In this document: in pieces, positions 10,309 to 19,553 of the stretch | Layout: each line of letters begins with the position of its first letter | Position numbering within the stretch: position 1 is the first letter of the stretch | Assembly (NCBI GenBank): GCA_965284395.1 | Contig: OZ260084.1 | Location: forward strand, 3,158,566-3,222,565 | Reading direction: 5' to 3' | Origin: Limisphaerales bacterium | Lineage (GTDB): Bacteria > Verrucomicrobiota > Verrucomicrobiia > Limisphaerales > UBA9464 | DNA: 64,000 nucleotides | Made by a program: the position numbers and the translations under genes | Notes under the pieces: generated by a model | Seen by the model: only the letters and a program-made list of their open reading frames with translations | Database searches by the model: none | What the model was told of the DNA's origin: nothing

Positions 10309-12228
10309 ATGGCTGAATCACTCATTGCGGCGCGCGAGATCGTCCTGAAGCACAACACCCGGGTCCTGCTGGACCGGGCATCGTTGGCCCTGTGCACGGG
10401 GGATCGGGTGGGGTTGGTGGGCCGCAACGGCTCGGGGAAGTCCACGTTCCTGAAGATCCTGTTCGGGTCGGTGCAACCGGACTCGGGCGAGGTGATCCGG
10501 ACGCGGGACCTGGTGGTGGGTTACCTGCCGCAGGAGTTCACGTTGGATCCGGAGCTGACGGTGGGCGAGAACGTGCGGTTGGGTGCGCAGCACGTGCTGA
10601 AGCTGATCGAGGAGTTCGAGAACCTGCCCGGTCACACGGCGCGGCATGACTACCTCGAGGACCGGATCAACCACTTCGACGGGTGGAACCTGGACCATCG
10701 GTTGAAGGCGGCGATCAGCGAGCTGGGCTGCCCGCCGGCGGACGCGCCGGTGACAAACCTCTCGGGTGGCGAGAAACGTCGGGTCGCCCTCGCCCGGGCA
10801 CTGGTGTCGCAACCGGACCTGCTCATCCTCGACGAGCCCACGAACCATCTCGACACGGAGAGCATCGGGTGGCTGACGGATTTCCTGCGGACGTATCCGG
10901 GAGCGATGCTGGTCGTGACGCACGATCGGCACTTCCTCGACGAGGTGGCGACGGGAATCGTGGAGCTTCGAAACGGGGTGTTCGAGCGGTACGAGGGTGG
11001 TTACACGGACTACCTGGTGGCGCGCGCGGAGAAGTTGGCGACGGAGGAACTGGTCGAGCACAAGCGCCAGATGTTCCTCCGGAAGGAGATTGATTGGGTG
11101 CGCCGTCGGCCGAAGGCGCAAACCAGCAAGTCCAAGGTTCGTTTGGACAAGTTCTACGAGGTGCAGGAACAGGGCCCGCCGCCGGAAGAGGGCGAGATGG
11201 ACCTGGTGGTGCCGCCCCCTCCGCAGTTGGGGAACCGGGTGGTCGAGCTGGAGGACGTGGGGTTGCAGTACGGTGGTCGCCGGCTGTTCTCGGGGATCTC
11301 GTTGCAGTTCGCCGGCGGGACGCGCGTGGGCGTGACGGGTCGGAATGGGCTCGGGAAAACGTCGCTCCTGCGGGTGATCCTGGGGCAGACGCCACCGACG
11401 GAGGGCGAAGTCCGGATCGGGGCGTTGACGAAGTTCAACTACGTCGACCAGAGCCGGCTGCAGTTGCGGGAGGATCGGACGGCGCTGGAGGAGTTGAGCG
11501 ATGGTTCGGAATGGGTGCAGTGGGGTGAAGAGAAGCTGTCGCTGCGGGGCTACCTGCGTCGGTTCCTGTTCACGGACGACCGGTTGACGACGCCGGTGAA
11601 GCTGATGAGCGGCGGCGAGCGTAGCCGCCTGCTGCTGGCGCGGATCCTGAAGAAGGGCGGCAATTTCCTGGTGCTGGACGAGCCGACGAACGACCTCGAC
11701 CTGCCGACGTTGCGGGTGTTGGAGGAAGCGCTGGTTTCATTCCCGGGCTGCGTGCTGGTCGTGAGCCACGACCGCTATTTCCTCAATCGCGTCTGCACGA
11801 ACATCGTGGCCTTCGAGGGCGAGGGCCGGGTGGTGACGAGCGCGGGCAACTACGACTATTACGTCGAGAAGAAGCGCCGGGCGGCGGCCGAGGAGGCGGC
11901 GTGGCTGGCGGCCCAGAAGGCGGCGGCGAAGAGCGGGGCGAAGCCGGCACCCAAGGCAGCGCCGCTGGCCGCGCCCGCACCAGTGGCAGCCGCACCGGCA
12001 GCCAAGGCGCGCAAGCTGAGTTACAAGGAACAGCGCGAATTGGATGGCATGGAGGCTGCCATCGAAGTTGCTGAGGGGAAGGTGACGGAGATGGAGGGAC
12101 GTCTGGCTTCCCCGGAATTCCACAAGACGATCGGAGCCAAGGCGCCGCAATTCATGGCCGAGTTGGAAGCGGCCCGTGCCGATGTCGCGCGGCTGTACGC
12201 GCGTTGGGAGGAACTGTCTGTGGGCTGA
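10309..12228 (+). CDS. ABC-F family ATPase (Uup/EttA-like, two ABC domains, no TMD)
   Basis: two Walker A sites 'GRNGSGKST' and 'GRNGLGKTS', two 'LSGGE' signatures, Ala/Lys-rich linker and C-terminal coiled-coil. Confidence 0.9.
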   Translation: MAESLIAAREIVLKHNTRVLLDRASLALCTGDRVGLVGRNGSGKSTFLKILFGSVQPDSGEVIRTRDLVVGYLPQEFTLDPELTVGENVRLGAQHVLKLIEEFENLPGHTARHDYLEDRINHFDGWNLDHRLKAAISELGCPPADAPVTNLSGGEKRRVALARALVSQPDLLILDEPTNHLDTESIGWLTDFLRTYPGAMLVVTHDRHFLDEVATGIVELRNGVFERYEGGYTDYLVARAEKLATEELVEHKRQMFLRKEIDWVRRRPKAQTSKSKVRLDKFYEVQEQGPPPEEGEMDLVVPPPPQLGNRVVELEDVGLQYGGRRLFSGISLQFAGGTRVGVTGRNGLGKTSLLRVILGQTPPTEGEVRIGALTKFNYVDQSRLQLREDRTALEELSDGSEWVQWGEEKLSLRGYLRRFLFTDDRLTTPVKLMSGGERSRLLLARILKKGGNFLVLDEPTNDLDLPTLRVLEEALVSFPGCVLVVSHDRYFLNRVCTNIVAFEGEGRVVTSAGNYDYYVEKKRRAAAEEAAWLAAQKAAAKSGAKPAPKAAPLAAPAPVAAAPAAKARKLSYKEQRELDGMEAAIEVAEGKVTEMEGRLASPEFHKTIGAKAPQFMAELEAARADVARLYARWEELSVG

Positions 12229-12295
12229 TGGCGCCGGCGTCGGGCGTCGGTGTGGGCGTTGCGACGGACGAACGTTGGGGTTCGGGCGAGACCAG

Positions 12296-13642
12296 TCATT
12301 CCGGGTGATCCAGGGGAGCCAGGGCGACGAAGGGGATGGCCTTGCCTGAGGGCGACGGACTGATTGTTTCGGTGAGCTCGATGCTGATGCGGGCGCGGGT
12401 TCCCACCGCCCGGTTGGCGGACGTGGTGATTTGTTCGAGCTCGGTTGCCGTCGGCGGACGCAACGGGACGAGTCGAAGCACCAGACGGCGGCGCTGGGTC
12501 TGGGCGAGTTGGAGTTGCCGGATCCACGCGAAGTTCGGGCGGATGGCGTTGAGGATTTCCCAAGGATGGAGCCAGAGATCCGGGCCGAGCGGGAATCGGT
12601 CGATGGTCCGGCCGCGGATCGAAAGCAGGGTGGAGCAGGGGGCACCGCACTGGCATGAGGCTGGCCCCTGGACTGCCATGTCCCCGACGCGATACCGGAT
12701 GAAAGGCATCGCGTAGGACAGCAGACTGGTGGCGACGACCTCACCGGATTCACCCGGGGCGGCGGGTTTGTTGTCTGGCCCCAGGATCTCGATCCGGTGG
12801 GAGTCTCCGCACACGTGATACGCGTCGAAGCCCGCAGGGCACTGCCACGCGATCAGGTTCAGCTCGTTGGAACCATAGAGATCGAAGATGGGGACGCGGA
12901 GCTGCTGTATCCGGCGGCGGAGGGATTCGGTGAGGAGTTCACCGCCGGTGGCGATGAACTGCAGCGGGAGTTCGACGCCGCGTTCCGCGCATTGATCCGC
13001 GAGGATGGCGATGGCGCTCGACATGCCGGCGATCCCCCGGGGCTTGAATTCAACGACGGCCTCCAGCAGTCGGGAATCACCGAGGGCATCGAAGACGCGC
13101 TGCTGGCAGAACCCGAGGCTGGCGGCGAGACGGTGGAGCAGCGGGTTGTCCCGCGCGTCTCGGGCGCGTCGGAAGTCGATGATCGCGAGACGGTCGGTGG
13201 TTCCGAGCCCGTAGTGACGCCAGGCGCGCCACCGGAGGGCATTGAGGAGTCGTTCTTCGAACCACGTTCGGCGGACCGCGAGGCGTTCACCGGTCGATCC
13301 GCTGGTCGAACGATCGAGCAGTTGGTCGGGATCGAGGTTGTCGGCCGTGCGATCCCGAAGGCTTGCCTGCTGGAGATCACGCCGGGTGAACACGGGCAGC
13401 CGCTCGAAGTCGGCGAGGGATCGGATGTCTTCCGGCGTGGCACCGACGCGATTGAACGCCTCGCGAATGACGGGCACGTGGGCATGGGCGTGGCGCAGGA
13501 GTCGCGAAAGCCGCCGCCATTGGTCGGTGGCCAGTTCCGATGGGTTGGCAGGCGGACGGTGAAGTCGCGGGTGGGCGAGCATCCGGACGACGTCCCAATC
13601 CTGGAAGAGGCTGCTCATTCGGAGGTGGGCCTTCTCCGGCAA
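12296..13642 (-). CDS. PaaK/coenzyme F390 synthetase-like adenylate-forming ligase
   Basis: 448 aa; AMP-binding motif 'STSGSTGE'; size and layout of phenylacetate-CoA ligase family; overlaps bshA-like gene by 28 bp (operon). Confidence 0.75.
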   Translation of the reverse strand: MPEKAHLRMSSLFQDWDVVRMLAHPRLHRPPANPSELATDQWRRLSRLLRHAHAHVPVIREAFNRVGATPEDIRSLADFERLPVFTRRDLQQASLRDRTADNLDPDQLLDRSTSGSTGERLAVRRTWFEERLLNALRWRAWRHYGLGTTDRLAIIDFRRARDARDNPLLHRLAASLGFCQQRVFDALGDSRLLEAVVEFKPRGIAGMSSAIAILADQCAERGVELPLQFIATGGELLTESLRRRIQQLRVPIFDLYGSNELNLIAWQCPAGFDAYHVCGDSHRIEILGPDNKPAAPGESGEVVATSLLSYAMPFIRYRVGDMAVQGPASCQCGAPCSTLLSIRGRTIDRFPLGPDLWLHPWEILNAIRPNFAWIRQLQLAQTQRRRLVLRLVPLRPPTATELEQITTSANRAVGTRARISIELTETISPSPSGKAIPFVALAPLDHPE

Positions 13643-14748
13643 TCTCCGAGGGTTCGCTCGTAGAGATCGAGATAGAGCGGGATGATCCGGTCGGGTGAGA
13701 AGAGATCCGCGGCGCGTTGGACGGCGGACTGCGCGAGGCGCTCGGCGAGTCGAGGGTGGGAGAGGATCTCCAGCGTCGCCGCGGCCATGCCGGCGACGTC
13801 GCCCGGTGGGAGCAGGCGCCCGGTGGTGCCATCCTCGACGAGTTCAGGCAGCCCGCCGACCCGGCTTGCGACGACGGGAACCCCGCAAGCCATGGCTTCC
13901 AACGCGGCCATTCCGAAGGCCTCGGTCTCGCTGGGAAGCAGGAGAACGTTGGCTGACCCGAGCCAGCGCTGGACGTCCGGTTGGTCGCCGACGAACTCCA
14001 CGTACGGTTCGAGCCCCAGGTCGCGGGCCAATTCTCGCGCTGCGGGGAGTTCCGGCCCGTCACCCACCATGACCAAACGGCAGGAATGCTGGCGTCGGAT
14101 GAGACCGAAGATCCGCAGGCAATCCGGGGCCCGCTTCACGGGGCGGAAGTTCGAGACGTGGATCAGGACGGACTGCGTGGGGTCTCCAACGATGCGACGG
14201 GTGCCGGGGCTGAATGTGGCGGGATCGATGAAGTTGGGGATGACCGGTACCGGAGGGAGGCGGAACAAGGATGAGGTTTCGTGGGCGAGCGAGTGGGAGA
14301 CGGCGGTGACGGCGTCGCTGCCGGTGATGGCAAGTCGGGCAACCGCGCTGAATTCCGGTTCGCGGCCGAGCGTGGTGACGTCGGTGCCATGGAGGGTGGT
14401 GATGACCGGCAGCGATTGCTGGGAGCGGACCATTGCGCGGGCGAGTTGCGCGCTGATGGCGTGCGGAACGGAATAGTGGGCGTGGAGCAGGTCGAGGTTT
14501 TCGCGGATGGCGACCTGGGCGATCACCGAGGCGAATTCGAGGATTGGCAGGGATTCGTCCGAAGCGGGAAACGACAATGCGGGGACGGAATGAAACTCCA
14601 CGTTCGGGGGGAAGGGCTGGATTCTGGCAGGATGGGTGCGTCCGATCAGGTGGACGACGTGTCCGCGTGCGCCGAGCTGACGGGCGAGCTCGCAGGCAAT
14701 GGTTGCGCTGCCGCCCGTTCGCGTGTGGCAGATGATTCCGAGCTTCAT
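13615..14748 (-). CDS. bshA: GT4 glycosyltransferase, BshA-like (N-acetylglucosaminyl-malate synthase family)
   Basis: 'MKLGIICHTRTGGSATIACELARQLGARGHVVHLIG' and 'ENLDLLHAHYSVPHAISAQLA...TTLHGTDVT' closely match BshA subfamily blocks; 'EAFGMAALEAMACGVPVVAS' GT4 motif. Confidence 0.8.
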   Translation of the reverse strand: MKLGIICHTRTGGSATIACELARQLGARGHVVHLIGRTHPARIQPFPPNVEFHSVPALSFPASDESLPILEFASVIAQVAIRENLDLLHAHYSVPHAISAQLARAMVRSQQSLPVITTLHGTDVTTLGREPEFSAVARLAITGSDAVTAVSHSLAHETSSLFRLPPVPVIPNFIDPATFSPGTRRIVGDPTQSVLIHVSNFRPVKRAPDCLRIFGLIRRQHSCRLVMVGDGPELPAARELARDLGLEPYVEFVGDQPDVQRWLGSANVLLLPSETEAFGMAALEAMACGVPVVASRVGGLPELVEDGTTGRLLPPGDVAGMAAATLEILSHPRLAERLAQSAVQRAADLFSPDRIIPLYLDLYERTLGDCRRRPTSE

Positions 14749-15491
14749 CAGGGGAGGATGTCCATCGGACCGGAGAGGAACTGGACCGGATCGTTGACGG
14801 CCGGGATTCCTCGGATGGCGAAGGCCTCGCCGTATCGTGTCTGGATCAGGGTACCGTAGTAGCGGTGGATGGCGTCGAGTCGGTCGAGGTGGTCTGGCGA
14901 GGAGACTCTGGTTTCCGGAGCGGATGAAGCGGGGTCGTGAAGTTGGGACTGATGGCAGCGGATTGCTTCATCCTTCTTCGAGTACCATTCGGAGATGTCG
15001 ACGATGAAGGTTGGTTGGACGGCATGCGGGAGTCCGAAGTGGGCGACGCGGCTAGGGCGATGCCGTGTCAGGGATGGGATGGGTTGCCAGTTGGCCAGCC
15101 CCGCGAGGTAGGCAGCGGCAGTGACGATCTGGGCCGTGGCGACGTGATCCGGGTGGGGTTGGTCCCAGTGGTGGGTCAGCACCAGTCGGGGCCGAAGCCG
15201 GCGGAAGGCGAGGGCGACCGCGGTGCGGGTTGCCAGGGTGTCGGTGAGTTGTCCGTCGCCGAGGTCGAGGCAGGAGCGATGGCGGAGTCCGAGTACCCGG
15301 GCAGCGGCCTCGGCTTCGGCTGCGCGGATTCCCGGGGTGCCCCGGGTGGCGGACTCGCCCCGGGTCAGGTCAAGGATCCCGGTGGAGTAGCCGAGGTAGG
15401 CGAGCTGGAGCAGGGTTCCTCCAGCGTGAAATTCCACGTCGTCGGGGTGGGCGCCGACTGCGAGGACATCCACCGTGGGGGACGGTTGCAT
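14748..15491 (-). CDS. bshB: PIG-L/LmbE-family deacetylase, BshB-like
   Basis: 'VDVLAVGAHPDDVEFHAGGTL' LmbE signature plus 'HPDH' motif; real start MQPSPTVDV (ATG 15491); upstream part of ORF 14748..16034 is Pro/Arg-rich artefact; ATGA overlap with bshA-like gene. Confidence 0.8.
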   Translation of the reverse strand: MQPSPTVDVLAVGAHPDDVEFHAGGTLLQLAYLGYSTGILDLTRGESATRGTPGIRAAEAEAAARVLGLRHRSCLDLGDGQLTDTLATRTAVALAFRRLRPRLVLTHHWDQPHPDHVATAQIVTAAAYLAGLANWQPIPSLTRHRPSRVAHFGLPHAVQPTFIVDISEWYSKKDEAIRCHQSQLHDPASSAPETRVSSPDHLDRLDAIHRYYGTLIQTRYGEAFAIRGIPAVNDPVQFLSGPMDILP

Positions 15492-15811
15492 GCGGTGAGT
15501 ATTGGACGGAGTCGGGGGGTGATGTCGACGGGCGGGGAAATGGTGGATCCCGTTGAAGGATGGGGCTGGCGCGATCCGGTTGCGGGCGCTCGACGGGATG
15601 GAGGCGGCGGGAGGACGGTGAGCACGGAGAGGTGGGGTGGTGGAGCAGGGAGCAGACTCACGCGGAGGCGCGGAGACGCGGAGGCGCGGAGGGGGGGCGG
15701 GCTGTACGGGAGCAGTCCGTTTCACCTTTCGAACGTAGGGTGTTTGATGCGGGCGCTGCAAAGTGCCCGGGCGGAATTGCGGTGCGGCGCTGCCCGTGGT
15801 TGGCTTGTGGG

Positions 15812-16564
15812 ATGATTGGGAATCGGCTTGGGCGCGGGGTGGTCGTAGTCGGCATGCTGCTGCTTGGGGTGGCATGCGCCGCTCCGGCACGGGCGCAGGT
15901 CGGGGTGGTTGCGGGGCCGATCGTGAATCCGGCGAACGAACATGAGTACTTCCTCCTTTCGCCGGGTGGGTGGCATGAATCGGAGACGCTTGCGATCGCG
16001 ATGGGTGGGCATCTGGTGACGATTGACGACGCATCGGAGCAGGCGTGGGTCTTCGACACGTTCGGTGCCTGGGGCGGGACCCATCGGAGTCTGTGGATCG
16101 GGCTGAGCGATGCGGCGCAGGAAGGTGAGTTCGTCTGGGCGGACGGGTCTTTGACGGGCTATTCGAACTGGCTGCCCGGCCAACCGGACAACAGCCCGGT
16201 CACGGATGGCGAGGACTACGTGCACATGCTCAATACGGGGAACGAGTATGGGCATCCCGGCGGATTCTGGAATGACCTCAAGAGTCCGAACTCGGTCTTC
16301 ACGACCTTTGATCCGGTTTGTGGTGTGGTGGAGCTGCCGTATCCGGTGCGGCCGACCCTGCAGTGGGTGGGCAATTCCCCCATGCTCTGCTGGAGGGCCA
16401 GACCCGGGACCCGGTGCCGCCTCGAGTTTCGGGCGACACTGGATGCCGGGGCCTGGTCGGAGTGGACGGTGGTGACGACGGACGCCAGTGGTCGGTCGTG
16501 TGTGGAAATGACGGGAGTCGTGGGACAGGGAGAAGGGTTCTTCCGGTTGGTTGTGGTGGAATGA
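15812..16564 (+). CDS. Secreted C-type lectin domain protein (QPD motif) with C-terminal conserved module
   Basis: signal peptide 'MIGNRLGRGVVVVGMLLLGVACAAPARA'; CTLD blocks 'WIGLSDAAQEGEFVWADGS...YSNWLPGQPDN...EDYVHM...GFWNDLKSPNS'; ends 'GEGFFRLVVVE'. Confidence 0.8.
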   Translation: MIGNRLGRGVVVVGMLLLGVACAAPARAQVGVVAGPIVNPANEHEYFLLSPGGWHESETLAIAMGGHLVTIDDASEQAWVFDTFGAWGGTHRSLWIGLSDAAQEGEFVWADGSLTGYSNWLPGQPDNSPVTDGEDYVHMLNTGNEYGHPGGFWNDLKSPNSVFTTFDPVCGVVELPYPVRPTLQWVGNSPMLCWRARPGTRCRLEFRATLDAGAWSEWTVVTTDASGRSCVEMTGVVGQGEGFFRLVVVE

Positions 16565-16626
16565 TGGAAGGGGGGTGAAGAACATCATGTTTCAAGAGCA
16601 TAAAGTTTGCGGGTAGGGTTTCTGTC

Positions 16627-17297
16627 GTGAAGCTCGAATTCGTCAACCGGGAGGCGGAGCTTTCCGAACTGGATGCCGCCGCACGGCGCGGGGGCTTGCT
16701 CGTGGTCTTCGGTCGTCGGAGGGTCGGCAAGACGCGCCTCCTGCGGCAGTGGATGGCGGGCCGTGGCGGGATATTCAGTCAGGCGATTGAGGGGCCGGTG
16801 GAGATGCAGGTTGGGCAGGTTTTTCGAGACTCCTGCAGCAGTTGATGGATGCTTCGGTGCTGGCCCGGGATCTTCCCTATGGCGAGAGCAGTCGCACCAC
16901 CAAGCGCACCCTCTATCGCATCCAGGATCCGGCCCTGCGCTTCTGGTTCGGGGTGTTTTCTCCCCATCGGAGCCTCTGGCCGAGCTACCCACAGGAGAAG
17001 AAGCAACTTCTGGTGCATGGCCACGCAGCGTCGGTGTTCGAGGACTGGTGTCGAAGTCGCCATCCGGGCAGCTCGCGCTACTGGGACAAGACGGTCGAGA
17101 TCGATCTGGTTGCGCCCGATCCCGAGGATCCAGCCCGCCTGGTGGTGGGCGAGGTGAAGTGGAAGCGGCTCACCAGTGCTGAGCGGAAAGGGGTCCAGCG
17201 TGATCTGGAACAGAAATGGCTTCGCTGTCCCTTGAGCGAGCGCTACCCGGCACCGCGCTTCGCGGTCCTTGATGCGAGGGAGATCTCGACAGGATGA
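16627..17297 (+). pseudogene. Decayed AAA+ ATPase of the Arch_ATPase/DUF234 family (frameshift plus internal deletion)
   Basis: N-terminal fragment 'FVNREAELSELD...LLVVFGRRRVGKTRLL' (Walker A) stops after 72 aa; C-terminal DUF234-like 'KRTLYRIQDPALRFWF' continues in another frame (16842..17297); middle ~150-200 aa missing. Confidence 0.6.
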
Positions 17298-17321
17298 CAG
17301 GATGGACAGGATGAGGTGGCG

Positions 17322-17768
17322 CTACTTCGTGGAGATCGGATTCCAGACCTTGGCGAAGCCCAGTCCCTCGAAGTCCTTGACGTTGGCGGTGGCGAATTCG
17401 GTGACGCCGAAGGCCTGCAGGGCAAGGGCGGTGCGGGTGTCATAGATGCGTCGTCGGGCAATCCCCGGGACGGCGACGCGCTTCCAGAGGTCAGCGTGGA
17501 GTTCGCGACTGGTTGGCGGAAATCCGAGTACCTTCCAGCTTGGGTGCCGACGATAAGTCTGGATGACTGCCACGGCCTCCGGTGCGGCGAGCGGTTTGGT
17601 CAGGACGGCGGGGTTCCTGAGCAGGAGATACAGCTCAGCTAGGACGAATTCGCTCAAGGCGACCTCGTCGTTTCCGGACAGTGACTCAATGAACTGCCTT
17701 GCCTTGGCGTGTTGCGGGGAGGCCTCGCTGTAGCAGAACAAGAGCAGGTTGGCGTCGATGGAGAGCAT
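17322..17768 (-). CDS. vapC: PIN-domain toxin VapC
   Basis: 148 aa from MLSIDANLLLF; PIN acidic residues; adjacent to small antitoxin; upstream part of ORF 17322..17957 is artefact. Confidence 0.75.
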   Translation of the reverse strand: MLSIDANLLLFCYSEASPQHAKARQFIESLSGNDEVALSEFVLAELYLLLRNPAVLTKPLAAPEAVAVIQTYRRHPSWKVLGFPPTSRELHADLWKRVAVPGIARRRIYDTRTALALQAFGVTEFATANVKDFEGLGFAKVWNPISTK

Positions 17769-17773
17769 CGGAT

Positions 17774-18028
17774 TCAGGGCAGGCGAGGTTCCCCATCGGC
17801 AAAGGCAGCGTCGCGGAGTTGTTCGGCGGTAAGGCCTTTCCAGCCGACACGGCTGGAAGACGGCGGTGTCCAGGCGGTAGCCGATGGGGCATCCGTTTCC
17901 GGGTAGACCTGTAGCAGCAATTCGGCTCCGCGCCGGAAGGTCTCCGCGAGGGACCATTCCCGTCGTTTGGCAAAGGCTCGGACCTCACGAAAGAGTTCCT
18001 CAGGCACTTGGATCTGCGTTTTCGTCAT
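17774..18028 (-). CDS. VapB-type antitoxin (84 aa)
   Basis: 'MTKTQIQVPEELFREVRAFAKRREWSLAETFRRGAELLL' DNA-binding antitoxin-like N-terminus; 5-bp gap to vapC; only the last 84 codons of ORF 17774..19567 are coding. Confidence 0.6.
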   Translation of the reverse strand: MTKTQIQVPEELFREVRAFAKRREWSLAETFRRGAELLLQVYPETDAPSATAWTPPSSSRVGWKGLTAEQLRDAAFADGEPRLP

Positions 18029-18151
18029 GCCGGATAATCTCAGGCTCCATTGAATTGATGTCAATGTGCCTGCCGACCGTGGATCCGGAGCGGGGGGCAC
18101 CCGTTCCCGGGCTTCCCGTCGGGTTGGGGTGTCGGTAGGGTTGTCGGACAC

Positions 18152-19435
18152 ATGGCGACACGGATTCTGGAAGAGCTGCGGTGGCGGGGGTTGATTGCGG
18201 ACTGCACGGATGCGGCGGAGCTGGGGGCGCGGTTGGCGTCGGGACCGGTGACATTGTACTGCGGCTTTGATCCGACGGCGGACAGCCTGCACGTCGGGCA
18301 TCTGGTGCCGTTGCTGGCGTTGCGTCGGTTCCAGAACGATGGGCATCGGCCGATCGCGGTGGCCGGTGGGGCGACGGGATCGATTGGGGATCCGAGCGGG
18401 AAGTCGGCGGAGCGGCAATTGCTGACCAAGGATCTGATCGCGGCGAACGTCGCCGCGGTGCGGCCGCAGTTGGCGCGGTTGCTGGACTTCGAGCGGGCGA
18501 GCAATCCGGCGATGCTGGTGGACAACGCGGACTGGACGGCTCCGATGAGCTTCCTCGATTTCCTGCGGGACATCGGAAAGCACTTCACGGTGAATCAGAT
18601 GGTGGCGAAGGAGTCGGTGCGGGCGCGGATGGAGGACCGGGACGTCGGCATCAGCTACACCGAGTTCAGCTACATGCTGCTTCAGGCGTTTGATTTCTAC
18701 CACCTGTGCGCGGCGCATGACTGCACGCTGCAGATCGGTGGGAGCGACCAGTGGGGCAACATCACGGCCGGGATCGACCTCGTCCGGAAGAAGCTCTCGA
18801 AGGGGGCGTTTGGCCTGACCCTGCCGCTGATCACGAAGGCGGACGGGACGAAGTTCGGGAAGACCGAAGGCGGGGCGGTGTGGCTGGATCCAAAGAAGAC
18901 CAGTGTCTACCGATTCTACCAGTTCTGGATCCAGACGGACGACCGCGACGTGGTGCGGTACCTGAAGTTCTTCACGTTCCTGGGTCAGGAGGAGATCGCG
19001 GCACTCGAAGCGGAGCACGTGGCGAATCCGTCGGGTCGAGTCGCGCATCGGGCGCTGGCGAAGGCGGCGACGGACCTCATCCATGGACCGGACGCGACGA
19101 TCGAGGCGCAGCGGGCGTCGGAGATCCTGTTTGGTGGGGATTTGGCGGGCGTGGGTGAATCGACGTTCCGCGAGATCGTGGGTGAGGTTCCGACGAAGGA
19201 CCTCGAGGTGGCGAAGGTGTCGGGTGGGATCTCGGCGCTCGACCTGTTCGTGCACTCGGGGTTGGTGCCGAGCAAGGGACAGGCGCGAAAGGACCTGGAA
19301 GGCGGTGGACTGTACCTGAACAACGTCCGTTTGACCGAGGTGGGGCGCGTGATCGGAAGTGCGGACCTGTTGTTCGGGAAGTGGCTCCTGCTCCGCAAGG
19401 GCCGACGGAACTACACCGTGATCACGGTGGGATAA
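18152..19435 (+). CDS. tyrS: Tyrosyl-tRNA synthetase
   Basis: class I HIGH 'GFDPTADSLHVGHL', KMSKS-type region 'KFGKTEGG', C-terminal S4-like domain. Confidence 0.95.
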   Translation: MATRILEELRWRGLIADCTDAAELGARLASGPVTLYCGFDPTADSLHVGHLVPLLALRRFQNDGHRPIAVAGGATGSIGDPSGKSAERQLLTKDLIAANVAAVRPQLARLLDFERASNPAMLVDNADWTAPMSFLDFLRDIGKHFTVNQMVAKESVRARMEDRDVGISYTEFSYMLLQAFDFYHLCAAHDCTLQIGGSDQWGNITAGIDLVRKKLSKGAFGLTLPLITKADGTKFGKTEGGAVWLDPKKTSVYRFYQFWIQTDDRDVVRYLKFFTFLGQEEIAALEAEHVANPSGRVAHRALAKAATDLIHGPDATIEAQRASEILFGGDLAGVGESTFREIVGEVPTKDLEVAKVSGGISALDLFVHSGLVPSKGQARKDLEGGGLYLNNVRLTEVGRVIGSADLLFGKWLLLRKGRRNYTVITVG

Positions 19436-19477
19436 GGGGGCTGCGACTCCCATCCGGAGTTCCTGGATTGTTTGCAG

Positions 19478-19497
19478 GCCGCGTGCCCTCACGCGGC
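19478..19497 (+). terminator. GC hairpin downstream of tyrS (gccgcgtg-ccct-cacgcggc), no U-tract
   Basis: perfect 8-bp stem 43 bp after tyrS stop. Confidence 0.3.
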
Positions 19498-19553
19498 GGG
19501 ATCGCCCCCCCCACGAGGGAGTCTGGGGGGACTGGATCGGTAGGGTGTTTCCG

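Noticed and set aside
14748-16034. 428-aa version of the bshB-like ORF
   Set aside because: Upstream 180 aa are Pro/Arg/Ser-rich and antisense-like; homology starts at MQPSPTVDVLAVGAHPDD.
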